Of a DNA stretch of 64,000 nt, positions 12,634 to 24,403 are shown one piece after another. Position numbers and translations under genes: made by a program. Positions within the stretch are counted from its first letter, which is position 1, and every line of letters begins with the position of its first letter. Source of the stretch: an uncultured Acidobacteriota bacterium (GTDB lineage: Bacteria; Acidobacteriota; Vicinamibacteria; Vicinamibacterales; CAVVIG01). The stretch lies in the NCBI GenBank assembly GCA_963724695.1, contig CAVRVW010000002.1, positions 76,868 through 140,867 on the forward strand. Direction: 5' to 3'. Below the pieces are notes generated by a model. That model made no database searches and was not told the DNA's origin. It saw nothing but the letters and a program-made list of their open reading frames with translations.

Positions 12634-15400
12634 TCAGGCGCGGCGGGCGGGTTCGTGTCTCGGCAGGAGCGTGCCAAGCATCGGGCGGCCCGCCAGCGCG
12701 GTATGCCAGCCATAGGCGGCCAGCGCGATCACGGTGGCCAGCACGAGGCGAGACGATGAGGCGTACGGCACTGAGGAGTCGATGGCGATCGGCACCTGCA
12801 TCAGCGGCACGCTCACGAACGACGCGACCAGGATCGTCAGCAGACCGAACCGGACGGCCACCAGGATGACCGCCGTCTGGACGGCCGCGAACAACGCGAT
12901 GTCTGCAGACGATGGAGGGAAGTGATCGGCCGGGGCGTTGGTGAGCAGCCAGCCCCCGTGGTTGACGGCATAGTTCACGGTCAGTGCCAGAGTCATCGCC
13001 ACTATCGCGAACCAGCGCCGCCGGAGGAGCACAAAGAGCACGAACAAGAGCAGGAACGTCAGCATGACGCCGCTCCACACGGGAATGTTCATCACCGAGC
13101 CGATGATCCGCGAGAGCACATAGCGCCCGCCGAGCAGCAGGTCACTGGACACCTCCATTCCGTCGAAGGGGTTGCTGGAGGCACCAACCGGAAATTGCGG
13201 CGGTCGGCCCGACCAGCGCCGCCCCAGCGTATGGAGTCCGAGTATCAGCGCATTGGCAATCGCGACGAGCACGCCGACGAGCACGTCGCGTCCGACGAGG
13301 GGATCGCGAACGTTGCCGGCCAGCAAGCGGCTCCATCCGATCATCGTTTCAGGCCAGACGCGGCGCATATGCGGTTCGAGCGCGATATACAGCACCCACA
13401 CGAATGCCGGGACGAAGAAGACAATTCCGGGCCCCCTGCTGAGCACCGACAGATCGCCGGTTGCGAGCGCATTGCTCACCGCGCCCGCGGCGAGAATGAA
13501 CATGCTCAACCGCAAGGCGCCGCGGCGATCGCCGCGGCCCAGACGCAGATTGCGCAGCGCCAGCACCAGGGCGGTGACAATGGCCAGCGGTGCCAGGGCG
13601 GTGCGCATGTAGAGACCGACGCGCTCTCCCGACGTGTTGCCTTGTACGGCGTCTTCGTTCCTGGGCCGTGTCCACGGCGCGACGATCTCGAAGTACGCGG
13701 GCCTTCCCCGCACGGCCGCAGCCTCGATTCGAATGGGCACATCAGGGCGGTCGGGATATGCGCCTTCCCAGGCGGCCCGCGCGTCCGCAAAGATTGGCGG
13801 GATCCACCTGGGCTCGACGGGCGAGAACTGTGCGATGGGCAAGCCAGCCTCCGCGAACAGCGCTGTCCAATCAGCCGGCGATGCAGGAGTGGACGCGGCC
13901 GGGGCTTCCGGCGACGTCTCGATCTGCACGGGGACGGCCAGCAGGCTGCACCAGCCGACCTCTTCGATCGAGCGTCAGCGACGCCATCCCGGAACGCGTG
14001 GGGGGCGGATTCAGCGGCGTCACGATATTGGTGCCGCCAATTGGCACCAAACGCCGGGGACTGTGCCGGTGCCAGAAGAGCAACGCAGGCGGTTCGGATG
14101 CAGCGAGCGTGCGCCATCGCGCCGGTGATCGGTCGTGCTCGTCGATGTATTTCAGGTAGTCGATATCGGTCGCATATCCGACCGCTTCATCGGCTGGCGT
14201 GTCCGCGTAGCCCAGGTTCCGCAGCACGGTATGGGCTCGCTCGGTGAGCGACTGCGAGCTCAGGTCGATCTTGGTCATCCCGATCAGGCTGATGTCACGC
14301 GTGAGCGGGACGAGAAGGATCAGCCCAAACAGCACCCCCGCGAAGCAGAAGGCGCCGATCGCGGGCGATAGCGTGCCGGCTTCTCCGGCCGCCGCAACCA
14401 GGTCAGGTGATGGCGTTTCGCCCGCCGCCAGCATGGCCGCGAGCGGGTTCCCTCCTGGCAACGCAGAGGCAACGGCAATTGCCGAGGCCGGACGCCGAGC
14501 CGGATCACGTTCGAGACAGCGCATGATGACGCGTTCGATGGCGGGATCCAGATCGGGAATGTGGGCCGACGGGCTGGCCGGAGGCGCACCGTCATGCGCG
14601 CGCCCGCCGAGTGGAGCGCCGTCGACGGTGAGCGCACGCTGGCCCGTGAACATCTCGTACAAGACCAGGCCCAGCGCGTAGACATCGGTCCGCGTCGTCA
14701 CCTCGCGCCCATCCAACTGCTCCGGCGCCATGTAGCCGGGTGTGCCGGCCACCTCGCGCGTGTCGCGCCGCTGGTCGGTGAGATTCGCGAGACCAAAGTC
14801 CGCGAGGCGCGCCCGACCACGTCCGTCGATCAGCACGTTCGCGGGCTTCAGATCGCGATGCAAGACGTGACACGCGTGCGCCGCCGCAAGGCCGGCGCAG
14901 AGCTGCCGTGAGAGCTCGAGCGCCTTGTCTGGCGGCAACCGGCCGATGCGCCGCAACAACGAGGCGAGATCTTCGCCGTCGATGTATTCCATCGAGAGGA
15001 AGTGCTGGCCGCCGGTTTCGGCGATATCGTGCACGCGGCACACGTTCGGATGGGAGACCTGCCGAGCCAACCGAACTTCCTGATGGAAACGTGCGAGCCG
15101 GTCGGCGCGATCCGTGACCTCCTTTGACAGGAATTTCAGAGCGACCGGTTGTCCAAGCTTCAAGTCTTCCGCTCGATAGACTTCGCCCATGCCGCCTCGG
15201 CCCAGCAGGCCGACGATGCGGTAGCGGCCGGCCAGCATGGTGCCGGGAATGAACTGCGCGCCGTCGAGGGCGTCCGACAAAGGCGGCGAGGCGGCCGCCG
15301 CGGTCAGCGTCGGCGCTTGCGACGTGTCAACGCGGGCACCGCAGGCCAGGCAGAAGCGGCTCGTTTCGGGCACCTCGCGCCGGCAGGAAGGACACTGCAT
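12634..15400 (-). CDS. Ser/Thr kinase with N-terminal Zn ribbon and multi-TM C-terminus; frameshift near 13950
   Basis: CPSC and CLACG; GRGGMGEVY, HRDLKPAN, DFG, YMAPEQ. ORF 12634..13929 supplies the membrane domain. Confidence 0.85.
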
Positions 15401-15487
15401 CGGATCGGCATGATTCTAGCGACCCCATGAGAGTGTCGCCAGAGAAAGAGGACCTGAACAGGGCCCTCTCGTATAATCCGCCAGGCC

Positions 15488-16132
15488 TTGCAGCACATGG
15501 GTGCGATTGTCGTTGACCTCGGCGCGCGCCTGGTACGGCGGGAGGGGATCGACGTCCACCTCGCGCCGAAAGCATTCGAGCTGCTGGTCATTCTCATCGA
15601 GAATCGGCCGAACGCCGTACCGCACGAGCAACTGCACGCCGCACTCTGGCCTGGCGTCCATGTCTCCGAGACGAGCCTGGCGGCACTGGTGACGCAGCTT
15701 CGCAAGGCACTCGACAATCGCTCTGGCGATGGTCACGTGATCCGTACGCTGCACCGCATCGGCTACGCGTTCATCGGAGACGCGATCGTCGCCGGCCACA
15801 CCCCGGTCGCCGGGAGGCCAGTGTGCCGGTTGATCTGGCACGGCGGGTCGATAGAGGTGCCAGCCGGCCGCTCGGTGATCGGGCGCGACCGCGGCTGCGC
15901 GGTTCAGATCGATGCGGACTCGGTCTCGCGCCAACATGCCAGGCTGAACGTGGCAGACCGCGACGTATCAATCGAAGATCTCGGGAGCAAGAACGGCACC
16001 TGGGTGGCGGGGGAACGGATCCGCGGCGCGGCGTCGCTGACCGATGGCATCTCGTTTCGGTTGGGATCGGAGACCATCCGTTTCGAGTTCGTCACCGACG
16101 AGCGGCCGACGAAAACGGCCATTCTGCCCTGA
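15488..16132 (+). CDS. OmpR/PhoB-type winged-helix plus FHA domain regulator
   Basis: LAPKAFELL, LRKAL and IRTLHRIGYAF (wHTH); IGR, VSRQHA and DLGSKNGT (FHA). Confidence 0.9.
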   Translation: MQHMGAIVVDLGARLVRREGIDVHLAPKAFELLVILIENRPNAVPHEQLHAALWPGVHVSETSLAALVTQLRKALDNRSGDGHVIRTLHRIGYAFIGDAIVAGHTPVAGRPVCRLIWHGGSIEVPAGRSVIGRDRGCAVQIDADSVSRQHARLNVADRDVSIEDLGSKNGTWVAGERIRGAASLTDGISFRLGSETIRFEFVTDERPTKTAILP

Positions 16133-16259
16133 CCGCGTCACAGCAGGCGCCATGATCCACAGCGGGCCGGCGAAACCCGGTCGGGTTGCAGAACGCCGAG
16201 TGTAGAATGCCCACTCTCTGGTGTCCTGCCAGGCCGCTGTCGCTCCAGGAGTCAGAACC

Positions 16260-17762
<1,503 letters not shown>

Positions 17763-17763
17763 C

Positions 17764-19324
17764 ATGCGCAGGCCCGACATGCTCGCGCGGCTCGACGAGC
17801 GGCACGAATCCCTGGGACATCGTCGTCATCGGCGGCGGCGCGACAGGCGTCGGCATCGCGGTCGATGCCGCGAGCCGCGGCTACGACGTCCTGCTCCTCG
17901 AACAGCACGACTTCGGCAAAGGCACGTCGAGCCGGAGCACCAAGCTCGTGCACGGCGGCGTGCGCTACCTCGAACAAGGCAACATCGCGCTGGTGATGGA
18001 AGCGCTCAAGGAGCGCGGCCTGCTTCGACAGAACGCGCCGCACCTGGTGAGCAACCTCGCCTTCGTCGTCCCGAACTACGACTGGTGGGAGGCGCCCTTC
18101 TACGGACTGGGACTGAAGATCTACAACGTGCTTGCCGGCAAGTACGGCTTCGGCACGTCCGAGATCCTGACACGCGAGGAGACGCTGGCACGCCTGCCGA
18201 CGATCAAGACCGACGGGCTGCGCGGCGGGGTCGTCTACTACGACGGCCAGTTCGACGATGCGCGGCTGCTGATCAATCTGGCGGAGACCGCCGTCGAGCA
18301 GGGCGCGACGCTGGTCAACTACGTGCGCGTCGTGGCGATCACCAAGGGCGCCGACGGCTTCGTCGACGGCATCGTCGCGGCCGATCAGGAAACCGGGCGG
18401 CAGTGGACCATCACGGCGCGCGTGGTCGTCAACGCGACCGGCGCGTTCTCGGACTCGGTGCGGCGGCTGGCCGAGCCCGACGCTGAGACGCTGATCGCGC
18501 CGAGCCAGGGCATTCACCTCGTGTTCGACCACTCCTTTCTGTCCTCCGAGTCGGCGATCATGGTGCCGCACACGTCGGACGGCCGGGTGATGTTCGCGAT
18601 TCCGTGGCACGGTCACACGCTCGTCGGCACGACCGACACGCCGATTACGACGCCGACACTCGAGCCGCGGCCGCTGGAGGAGGAGATCGAGTTCATCCTC
18701 GAGACGGCCGGCCGCTATCTGCACAAGTCACCGACTCGAGACGACGTCTTGAGCGTGTTCGTCGGCATCCGTCCGCTCGTCAAGAGCGGCGACGGCAAGC
18801 TGACAGCGGCGCTGTCGCGCGACCACACGATCCACATCGATGCCTCGGGGCTGCTGACGACGACCGGCGGCAAGTGGACGACCTACCGGAACATGGCGGA
18901 GCACACCGTGGATCAGGCGGCCGACTTCGCGCGTCTGGAGGAGCGGCCGTGCGTGACGCGCACGCTCAACATCCACGGATACCACTCCAACGCGGATCGG
19001 TTTGGCGCGCTCAGCGTGTACGGATCCGACGCGCCAGCGATTCAGGAGCTGATGCGGACCACACCGTCGCTGGCGGCGCCGCTCCACGCACGGCTGCCGT
19101 ACACCGGCGCCGAAGTCGTGTGGGCCGCCCGCCACGAGATGGCCCGGACTGTCGAGGACGTGCTCGCGCGCCGCACGCGGTCGCTGTTCCTCAACGCGCG
19201 CGCGGCGGAAGCGATGGCGCCAGAGGTTGCGCGGCTGATGGCCGGCGAGCTTGGCTGGGACTCATCGCGCCAGGCTGCGGAAGTATCCGCATTCTCCGCT
19301 CTTGCAAAGGGATATCAGCTCTAA
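17764..19324 (+). CDS. glpD: FAD-dependent glycerol-3-phosphate dehydrogenase; frameshift near 17800
   Basis: IGGGATG, GTSSRSTKLVHGGVRYL, GGKWTTYR, DVLARRTR; follows glpK. Confidence 0.93.
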
Positions 19325-19330
19325 CGGTCT

Positions 19331-20176
19331 CTACTTGACGACGGGGTTTGCCGCGTCCTGGCTCCAGTCCTGCCAGGAACCAACGTAGACATGTGCGGGC
19401 AGGCCAACGGAGCTGGCCGCCCACGCCATCAGGCTGGCCCGCATGCCGACGGCACAGTAGGTGACGACCTGCTGGCCCGGCTTGACTCCCGCCTTCGCGA
19501 ACAGCGCCCGGAGCTCGTCCGGCGACTTCCACTTCAGCGTCTTCTGATCGACGAAGAGATCCTGCCAGAGGATAAACGTCGCGCCAGGCAGGCGCCCTGC
19601 ATCCCATTCGCGCGTGGTGCGGACGTCCAGCAGCGCGACGTCCGGCGCTTTCAGGTGACCGCGCACCCACGCCGCGTTGACCGCATGCTCGCCGGCCGAG
19701 CGCACTGTCAGCTTGCCGGTGGCCGCTGGCGGTGCCGTCGTGGAGACAGGCCGGCCTTCGGATCGCCACAGCTCCATGCTGCCGTCGAGCATCGACACGT
19801 CGGCGCCGTGGCCCACCGAGGCGATCACGGTGTAGAGCCATCCGGTGGTCATCGGGCTGTCGCCGTAGAGAACCAGCCTCACGCCGTCCACGACGCCCGC
19901 CTTCTCGAGCACTCGCGCGATCGCGTCAGGCGTCTTGATCTGGTGCCGGCCTGCGGTCATGTCGAGCGTGTCGTCGTGCTCCACGAACGTGGCGCCCGGG
20001 ATGTGGCCGCGGTCGTAGCCCGCACGGCTGCCCGTGGCCACCACGCGGACCTTCGGGTCGGTCAGGTGCTCCTGCACCCAGGCGGTGGAGACGAGCGACC
20101 TGGCGGCAGGCGTTTGCGCATGGACCGGGGCGCTCAAAGCGACGGCGATCAGCGAAAGCATGAACAGGCGATGCAT
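19331..20176 (-). CDS. Secreted tandem rhodanese (sulfurtransferase)
   Basis: Signal peptide, GHIPGA, LLDVR, YCAVGMRAS, YVGSWQDW. Confidence 0.88.
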   Translation of the reverse strand: MHRLFMLSLIAVALSAPVHAQTPAARSLVSTAWVQEHLTDPKVRVVATGSRAGYDRGHIPGATFVEHDDTLDMTAGRHQIKTPDAIARVLEKAGVVDGVRLVLYGDSPMTTGWLYTVIASVGHGADVSMLDGSMELWRSEGRPVSTTAPPAATGKLTVRSAGEHAVNAAWVRGHLKAPDVALLDVRTTREWDAGRLPGATFILWQDLFVDQKTLKWKSPDELRALFAKAGVKPGQQVVTYCAVGMRASLMAWAASSVGLPAHVYVGSWQDWSQDAANPVVK

Positions 20177-20188
20177 GCAGGCTCCTTC

Positions 20189-21814
20189 TTAGATTTGCGA
20201 TTTCCGATTTCCGATTTGCGATATGAGCGGTTCAACAACCAGGTCCTCGTCGGGAACGTCGAGCCGCGCTCGAACGAGGGGCGCCAGCTTGCGGGCAAGC
20301 ACGCGCCACGTCAGCACGATGGACGTCATGCAAAGTGCCGTTCCTCCAAGCATCAGCGTGATGACGACGATGTCCCACAGCGGCCGGTGCGCGTAGAGCC
20401 ACGGAAAATCGAGCGAGTGCAGCCCGTGGTAGAGCCAACGGCTCACCCAGTTGCGCGCGTTGTAGGCGCCGACGACGCGCGCGGTGGCGGGATCGATGTA
20501 GTACCGAGAGGCCGCCGCGTCGTTCATGCGGACGTACACGACTGGCAGCGGACGTTCGGACCGCCGATCCAGGTAATACGCGTCGTACTCGTGCATGAGG
20601 CGGAGCTCCGACAGGTGTTCGCCTGCCGCCAGCCGCACGACGCGCATGACGTCCTCGGGATCGAACCCCGATACGGCGGGGCCGGCGACCGGAACGATCC
20701 GCGTCTCGCCCCGGCCGTTCGAGGCCAGATACACGGCCTGACCATCGAACGCGCTGAGCTCCAGCTCTTTTACCTCGAAATCACGCAGCTCGGCGACGGC
20801 CTGGCGCGGATGCTTCGCGGAATACGCCGACAGGGGAACCGGCGCCGCGCCGCGAAGAGCCGTCGCGAGGTCCGGCGCGCCGACGCCATCCCGCGACGCC
20901 CGCGGCACGGCCAGGTCCGCCAGCCGATCCATGATCGGGAATGGCCCCATCGACAGCAGCCCGCTGAACGCCCAGGTGGTGGTCACCACGCCGAAGAAGA
21001 GGCCGGCGATCGCGTGCCACCGCTTCCAGCCGCGGTACGGAATGGCCGTCGGCGTGCCGGCGTGCCTGTACCGCTTTCGCGGCGAGTACATCCAGACGAC
21101 GATCACGACCCCCAGCAGGGCCGAGAGCGTTCCGACGAGCGACGAGTAGACGACGACGGAGAACCATTCCTGCTGATGCTTCCGCAGCGGCGTGAAGTAG
21201 AGCCAGTGGGGGATGGCGCCCAGGTACGCCCAGAAACGCGAGGCGGTCGTCGTGTACTGCACCACCTCGCCGCTTCGGCCGTTCACGTAGACCTGCTGCC
21301 CGTCGGGCCACGAGTACTTGAAGAGCGGCCGCAGCGACCGGAGGGCGCCGACGGTCCATTGATCGACCTCTTCGATCGACGCCTTCGCCGCCTCTTCCTG
21401 CGGACGGCCAGACCACCGCGCGGCGGCCCGGTCCATCATGGCCGCGTCGACCACCCGCTGCTCGGTGCCATCGTCGGCGTAGACGATCGTGGGCGGGCCG
21501 CCGCGTCGTCCGGGCCCGCTTCCGGCGGCGATGCGATAGACGGGGCGGCCGTCGAAGGTCGTGAGATGCGGTGGAGAAGGAGGCGCCTCGGCCCCGGCCG
21601 CGGCGAGGGCTTCGGCTGCGTCCAACTGGATGGCGGCGGCGTTCAAGGCAGGCGCGCGCTGCAGGCGATCTTCGGACGTCACCTCCGGAAAGCTCCAGTA
21701 CATCATGACGATGCCGGAGACGAACCAGAGGAGGAACAGGGCGGAGAGCGCCACGCCCAGCCACCGGTGGACGAAGATCAGCGTTCGCTTGAGCGCAGTC
21801 GCTACGCGTGGCAT
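20189..21814 (-). CDS. PepSY-associated TM helix domain protein
   Basis: HRWLG, SGIVM, IPHWLYF, RWHAIAG and YHGLHSLDF His-bearing TM segments. Confidence 0.85.
   Translation of the reverse strand: MPRVATALKRTLIFVHRWLGVALSALFLLWFVSGIVMMYWSFPEVTSEDRLQRAPALNAAAIQLDAAEALAAAGAEAPPSPPHLTTFDGRPVYRIAAGSGPGRRGGPPTIVYADDGTEQRVVDAAMMDRAAARWSGRPQEEAAKASIEEVDQWTVGALRSLRPLFKYSWPDGQQVYVNGRSGEVVQYTTTASRFWAYLGAIPHWLYFTPLRKHQQEWFSVVVYSSLVGTLSALLGVVIVVWMYSPRKRYRHAGTPTAIPYRGWKRWHAIAGLFFGVVTTTWAFSGLLSMGPFPIMDRLADLAVPRASRDGVGAPDLATALRGAAPVPLSAYSAKHPRQAVAELRDFEVKELELSAFDGQAVYLASNGRGETRIVPVAGPAVSGFDPEDVMRVVRLAAGEHLSELRLMHEYDAYYLDRRSERPLPVVYVRMNDAAASRYYIDPATARVVGAYNARNWVSRWLYHGLHSLDFPWLYAHRPLWDIVVITLMLGGTALCMTSIVLTWRVLARKLAPLVRARLDVPDEDLVVEPLISQIGNRKSQI
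20192..20222. repeat. Heptamer tandem repeat GATTT(G/C)C x4
   Basis: GATTTGC GATTTCC GATTTCC GATTTGC GAT at the 3' end of the PepSY gene. Confidence 0.8.
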
Positions 21815-21972
21815 GCAGCCGTCGACGTGCCGAGGATATCAGGAGGAGGTGATCCGTGCCGCGGGTGTCGCGAAAAGGGCCATGACCGTCAGCCCCACTA
21901 TTATTATCGCGCCAATACAGCCACCGTTCAAGACTGGTTGTTGGGCGGCGAGACCGGTATCATCGCCGGTCC

Positions 21973-23721
21973 GTGTCGAAACGCCAGCGTAGTGGTCGCC
22001 GGAAAACGCACGACACCCGGCGCGTGTCGAGGCCGATCCGCACCGCTGCGACTGTACAGGCCGCTTCGGCGCCCGAGAACACCGGCTCTGCGGACGATCG
22101 ATTAGCGCGCCTCCTCGACACGCCGTTCCTCGCACGAGTGGTGCCGCACCTTGCGCCAGAGACCCTGCATCAGCTCATTCGACACCGCGGACTCGACGCG
22201 TGCGAAGCGCTCGTCACCGCTGCGACACCCGCGCAGCTGACGTCGGTGCTCGACCTCGATCTGTGGCCCCATACGCAGCCAGGCCACGACGAACGGTTCG
22301 ATGTGGACCGATTCGGCGAATGGGTCGAGGTCCTGGTGGAGGCCGGAGATGCCATAGCGGCACGGACCGTCGCTGCCCTCGACCAGAGCCTGGTGATTGC
22401 CGGGCTCTCCCGTTACGTGCGTGTCTTCGATCCAGGCACCTTCGAGCCGACCGCGGCCAGCGATGATGCGCCCCTGGATGTCGGCGTGACGGCGTTCAGG
22501 GGCCTCCAGTGTGAGCTCGAAGGGTATGTGGTGCGCGCGAGGCGAACCGACGCCTGGGACGCGATCGTGGCGCTGCTCCTCGCGCTCGCGGCCGAACATC
22601 CGGACGGCTTCCAGGCCGTGATGCAGGGCTGCCGACGGCTCTCCAACTCCGCGCCGGAGGTCGACGGCCTCGACGATCTGCTGATGGCGCCGGAACAGCA
22701 ACTGCACGAGGTAGCGCTGGAGCGAGAAAGCCGTCGAACGCGGCAGGGATACTCCACGCCGGCCGACGCGCGAGCCTTCCTCCAGATGGCGAGACAGCCG
22801 CGACACCAGCGGGAGGACAAGAGCAACCCGATCGCTGTCGCCTACTTTCGAGGCGCCGACGAAGCGTTGGAGTCAGCCGAGCTGCACACGCCACCAGGAG
22901 GACTCGCCCCGGAATCGTCGACGCCTGCGACCGACCTCGAAACGATCGACGGCGTCGTCGATCTGCTCGCTGAGGCTGGCCTGGTACCGCAGCGGCCCCT
23001 GGCGCTGCTGGATGGCGCGACGGATCAACCGTCGCGCCTCGCCGAGATACGGCCGCTGATGGCGCATCTCCGCGACACGGACCACACGGCATATCACAGG
23101 CGAACTCGAGAGCTGGCGTTTCTCGCCAATACGCTCATGGCCGGCTGCTCTGTGCAGTCAAGGGCCTTTACGGCGCAGGAAGCCTCCGATGCGGCCGTCA
23201 GCGTCTGCAACCTGGGTCTCGAGCACTGGCCAGCGCGTTGGCCCGATGCTCCGACGCGTCACGCGGCGGCCGGCCCCGGCGCGACGTTGCCCCACACGTT
23301 CCTGGTCGAACACGACCTCGTGATGGCGTTCGAGGTGGGTTGGGCGGTGTTGCACGAGGAGGTCAGCATGTTCGTGGCCGATCGCCTCATCGCGACGCTG
23401 ACCGATCTCCGATGTGCTGATACCGAGATCCAGAGGGGATTGCACGCCATGCGGCGCGAGCTCGCGAAAGCGCGTCACGCGGGCACGCCGTGGCGCAGGC
23501 GAGACGCCCTCAGTGAGCTCGCGATGCTGGATGTGACTGCCTGGGTCAGCGTGGTCGGACTCTTGGGCGAATGTCCCGTGCTGCCAGCGGCGCTGACGGC
23601 GATCCTCGAGGGTCACACCGGGGCGGTCAGCGCGACGGCGTTCGACTTCATTTCCACGACCGATCAGATTCGCCAGGTCCAGGCGTTCATGGCGAAGCTT
23701 CCCGATGTACTCCTCCGCTGA
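21973..23721 (+). CDS. Hypothetical protein, DUF6178-like
   Basis: Long ORF; LDLDLW, RRTRQGY, ELAFLANTL and VCNLGLE resemble the family as recalled. Confidence 0.65.
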   Translation: MSKRQRSGRRKTHDTRRVSRPIRTAATVQAASAPENTGSADDRLARLLDTPFLARVVPHLAPETLHQLIRHRGLDACEALVTAATPAQLTSVLDLDLWPHTQPGHDERFDVDRFGEWVEVLVEAGDAIAARTVAALDQSLVIAGLSRYVRVFDPGTFEPTAASDDAPLDVGVTAFRGLQCELEGYVVRARRTDAWDAIVALLLALAAEHPDGFQAVMQGCRRLSNSAPEVDGLDDLLMAPEQQLHEVALERESRRTRQGYSTPADARAFLQMARQPRHQREDKSNPIAVAYFRGADEALESAELHTPPGGLAPESSTPATDLETIDGVVDLLAEAGLVPQRPLALLDGATDQPSRLAEIRPLMAHLRDTDHTAYHRRTRELAFLANTLMAGCSVQSRAFTAQEASDAAVSVCNLGLEHWPARWPDAPTRHAAAGPGATLPHTFLVEHDLVMAFEVGWAVLHEEVSMFVADRLIATLTDLRCADTEIQRGLHAMRRELAKARHAGTPWRRRDALSELAMLDVTAWVSVVGLLGECPVLPAALTAILEGHTGAVSATAFDFISTTDQIRQVQAFMAKLPDVLLR

Positions 23722-23737
23722 GAAGGCGCCAGGGTCG

Positions 23738-24211
23738 CTACGGATGAATCGCCGCGCGGCCCTCCCCGGTCCGACGGAGCGTCGCCCAATTGTGCGTGGC
23801 CACGGAAGCCACCACGCCGTTCAGGGCGAGCATGGTCAGGATGGCTGCGGTTCTGTTCCTCTTCCACAACCGCTCGGCGACCAGGATGGAGCTGGCGGTC
23901 GTTGCGGCTTTCACCGTCCAGAGCGCCGCGGAATTGCCGGCGATGCCGCGCATCAGCGGATTCAGCTCTCTGGCGCCTTGCGACAGCCCCCGCGTCGTGG
24001 AGTATGCGTCGTAGACCTGTAATCCAGCCAGGCTGACGTACAGCACCGGCAGCGCCGCGGGCCGGCGAGCCTTGTCGATTGGCGGGAGTGTCGGGGACGA
24101 AGGAGCGCTGTCGTCAGGGGTGATGATGGGGACCGGATCGGGCTCTGCCCCGGGCACCGTCCCAACGCTCACGACAACGCACGAGACGAGGAGAGCGGCA
24201 CACAGAGGCAT
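23738..24211 (-). CDS. Hypothetical secreted or membrane protein, DUF5658-like
   Basis: AAGGAG RBS, signal peptide, D-x-x-ST and ELNPLM motif. Confidence 0.6.
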   Translation of the reverse strand: MPLCAALLVSCVVVSVGTVPGAEPDPVPIITPDDSAPSSPTLPPIDKARRPAALPVLYVSLAGLQVYDAYSTTRGLSQGARELNPLMRGIAGNSAALWTVKAATTASSILVAERLWKRNRTAAILTMLALNGVVASVATHNWATLRRTGEGRAAIHP

Positions 24212-24261
24212 CCTGGTGCTCCTTGATGTCACCCGGCGCCACGCGCGGGCGCTCGAGAAGG

Positions 24262-24277
24262 AGCGAACCCCATGCCG
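24262..24277 (-). promoter_or_regulatory. Possible sigma-54 promoter
   Basis: Minus strand CGGCATGGGGTTCGCT, a GG-N10-GC motif about 50 nt upstream of ATG 24211. Confidence 0.45.
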
Positions 24278-24335
24278 GAACGGTCATCACCGGACCGCTC
24301 CGCCCACGCGCACTTGCGGCGCCGGCTCCGTGAGC

Positions 24336-24379
24336 GAGTCGGGTTACCCGCCGACAAATGTCAGCGGGAACCCGGACTC
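24336..24379. repeat. Long imperfect inverted repeat (terminator or activator site)
   Basis: GAGTC GGGTT a CCCGC c GACA aa TGTC a GCGGG AACCC g GACTC. Confidence 0.6.
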
Positions 24380-24403
24380 GAGATACTAGAGCGGCCTTCA
24401 ATA

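Noticed and set aside
19391-22105. 904-aa plus-strand ORF
   Set aside because: Antisense to the rhodanese and PepSY genes; Arg-rich with no recognisable domain.
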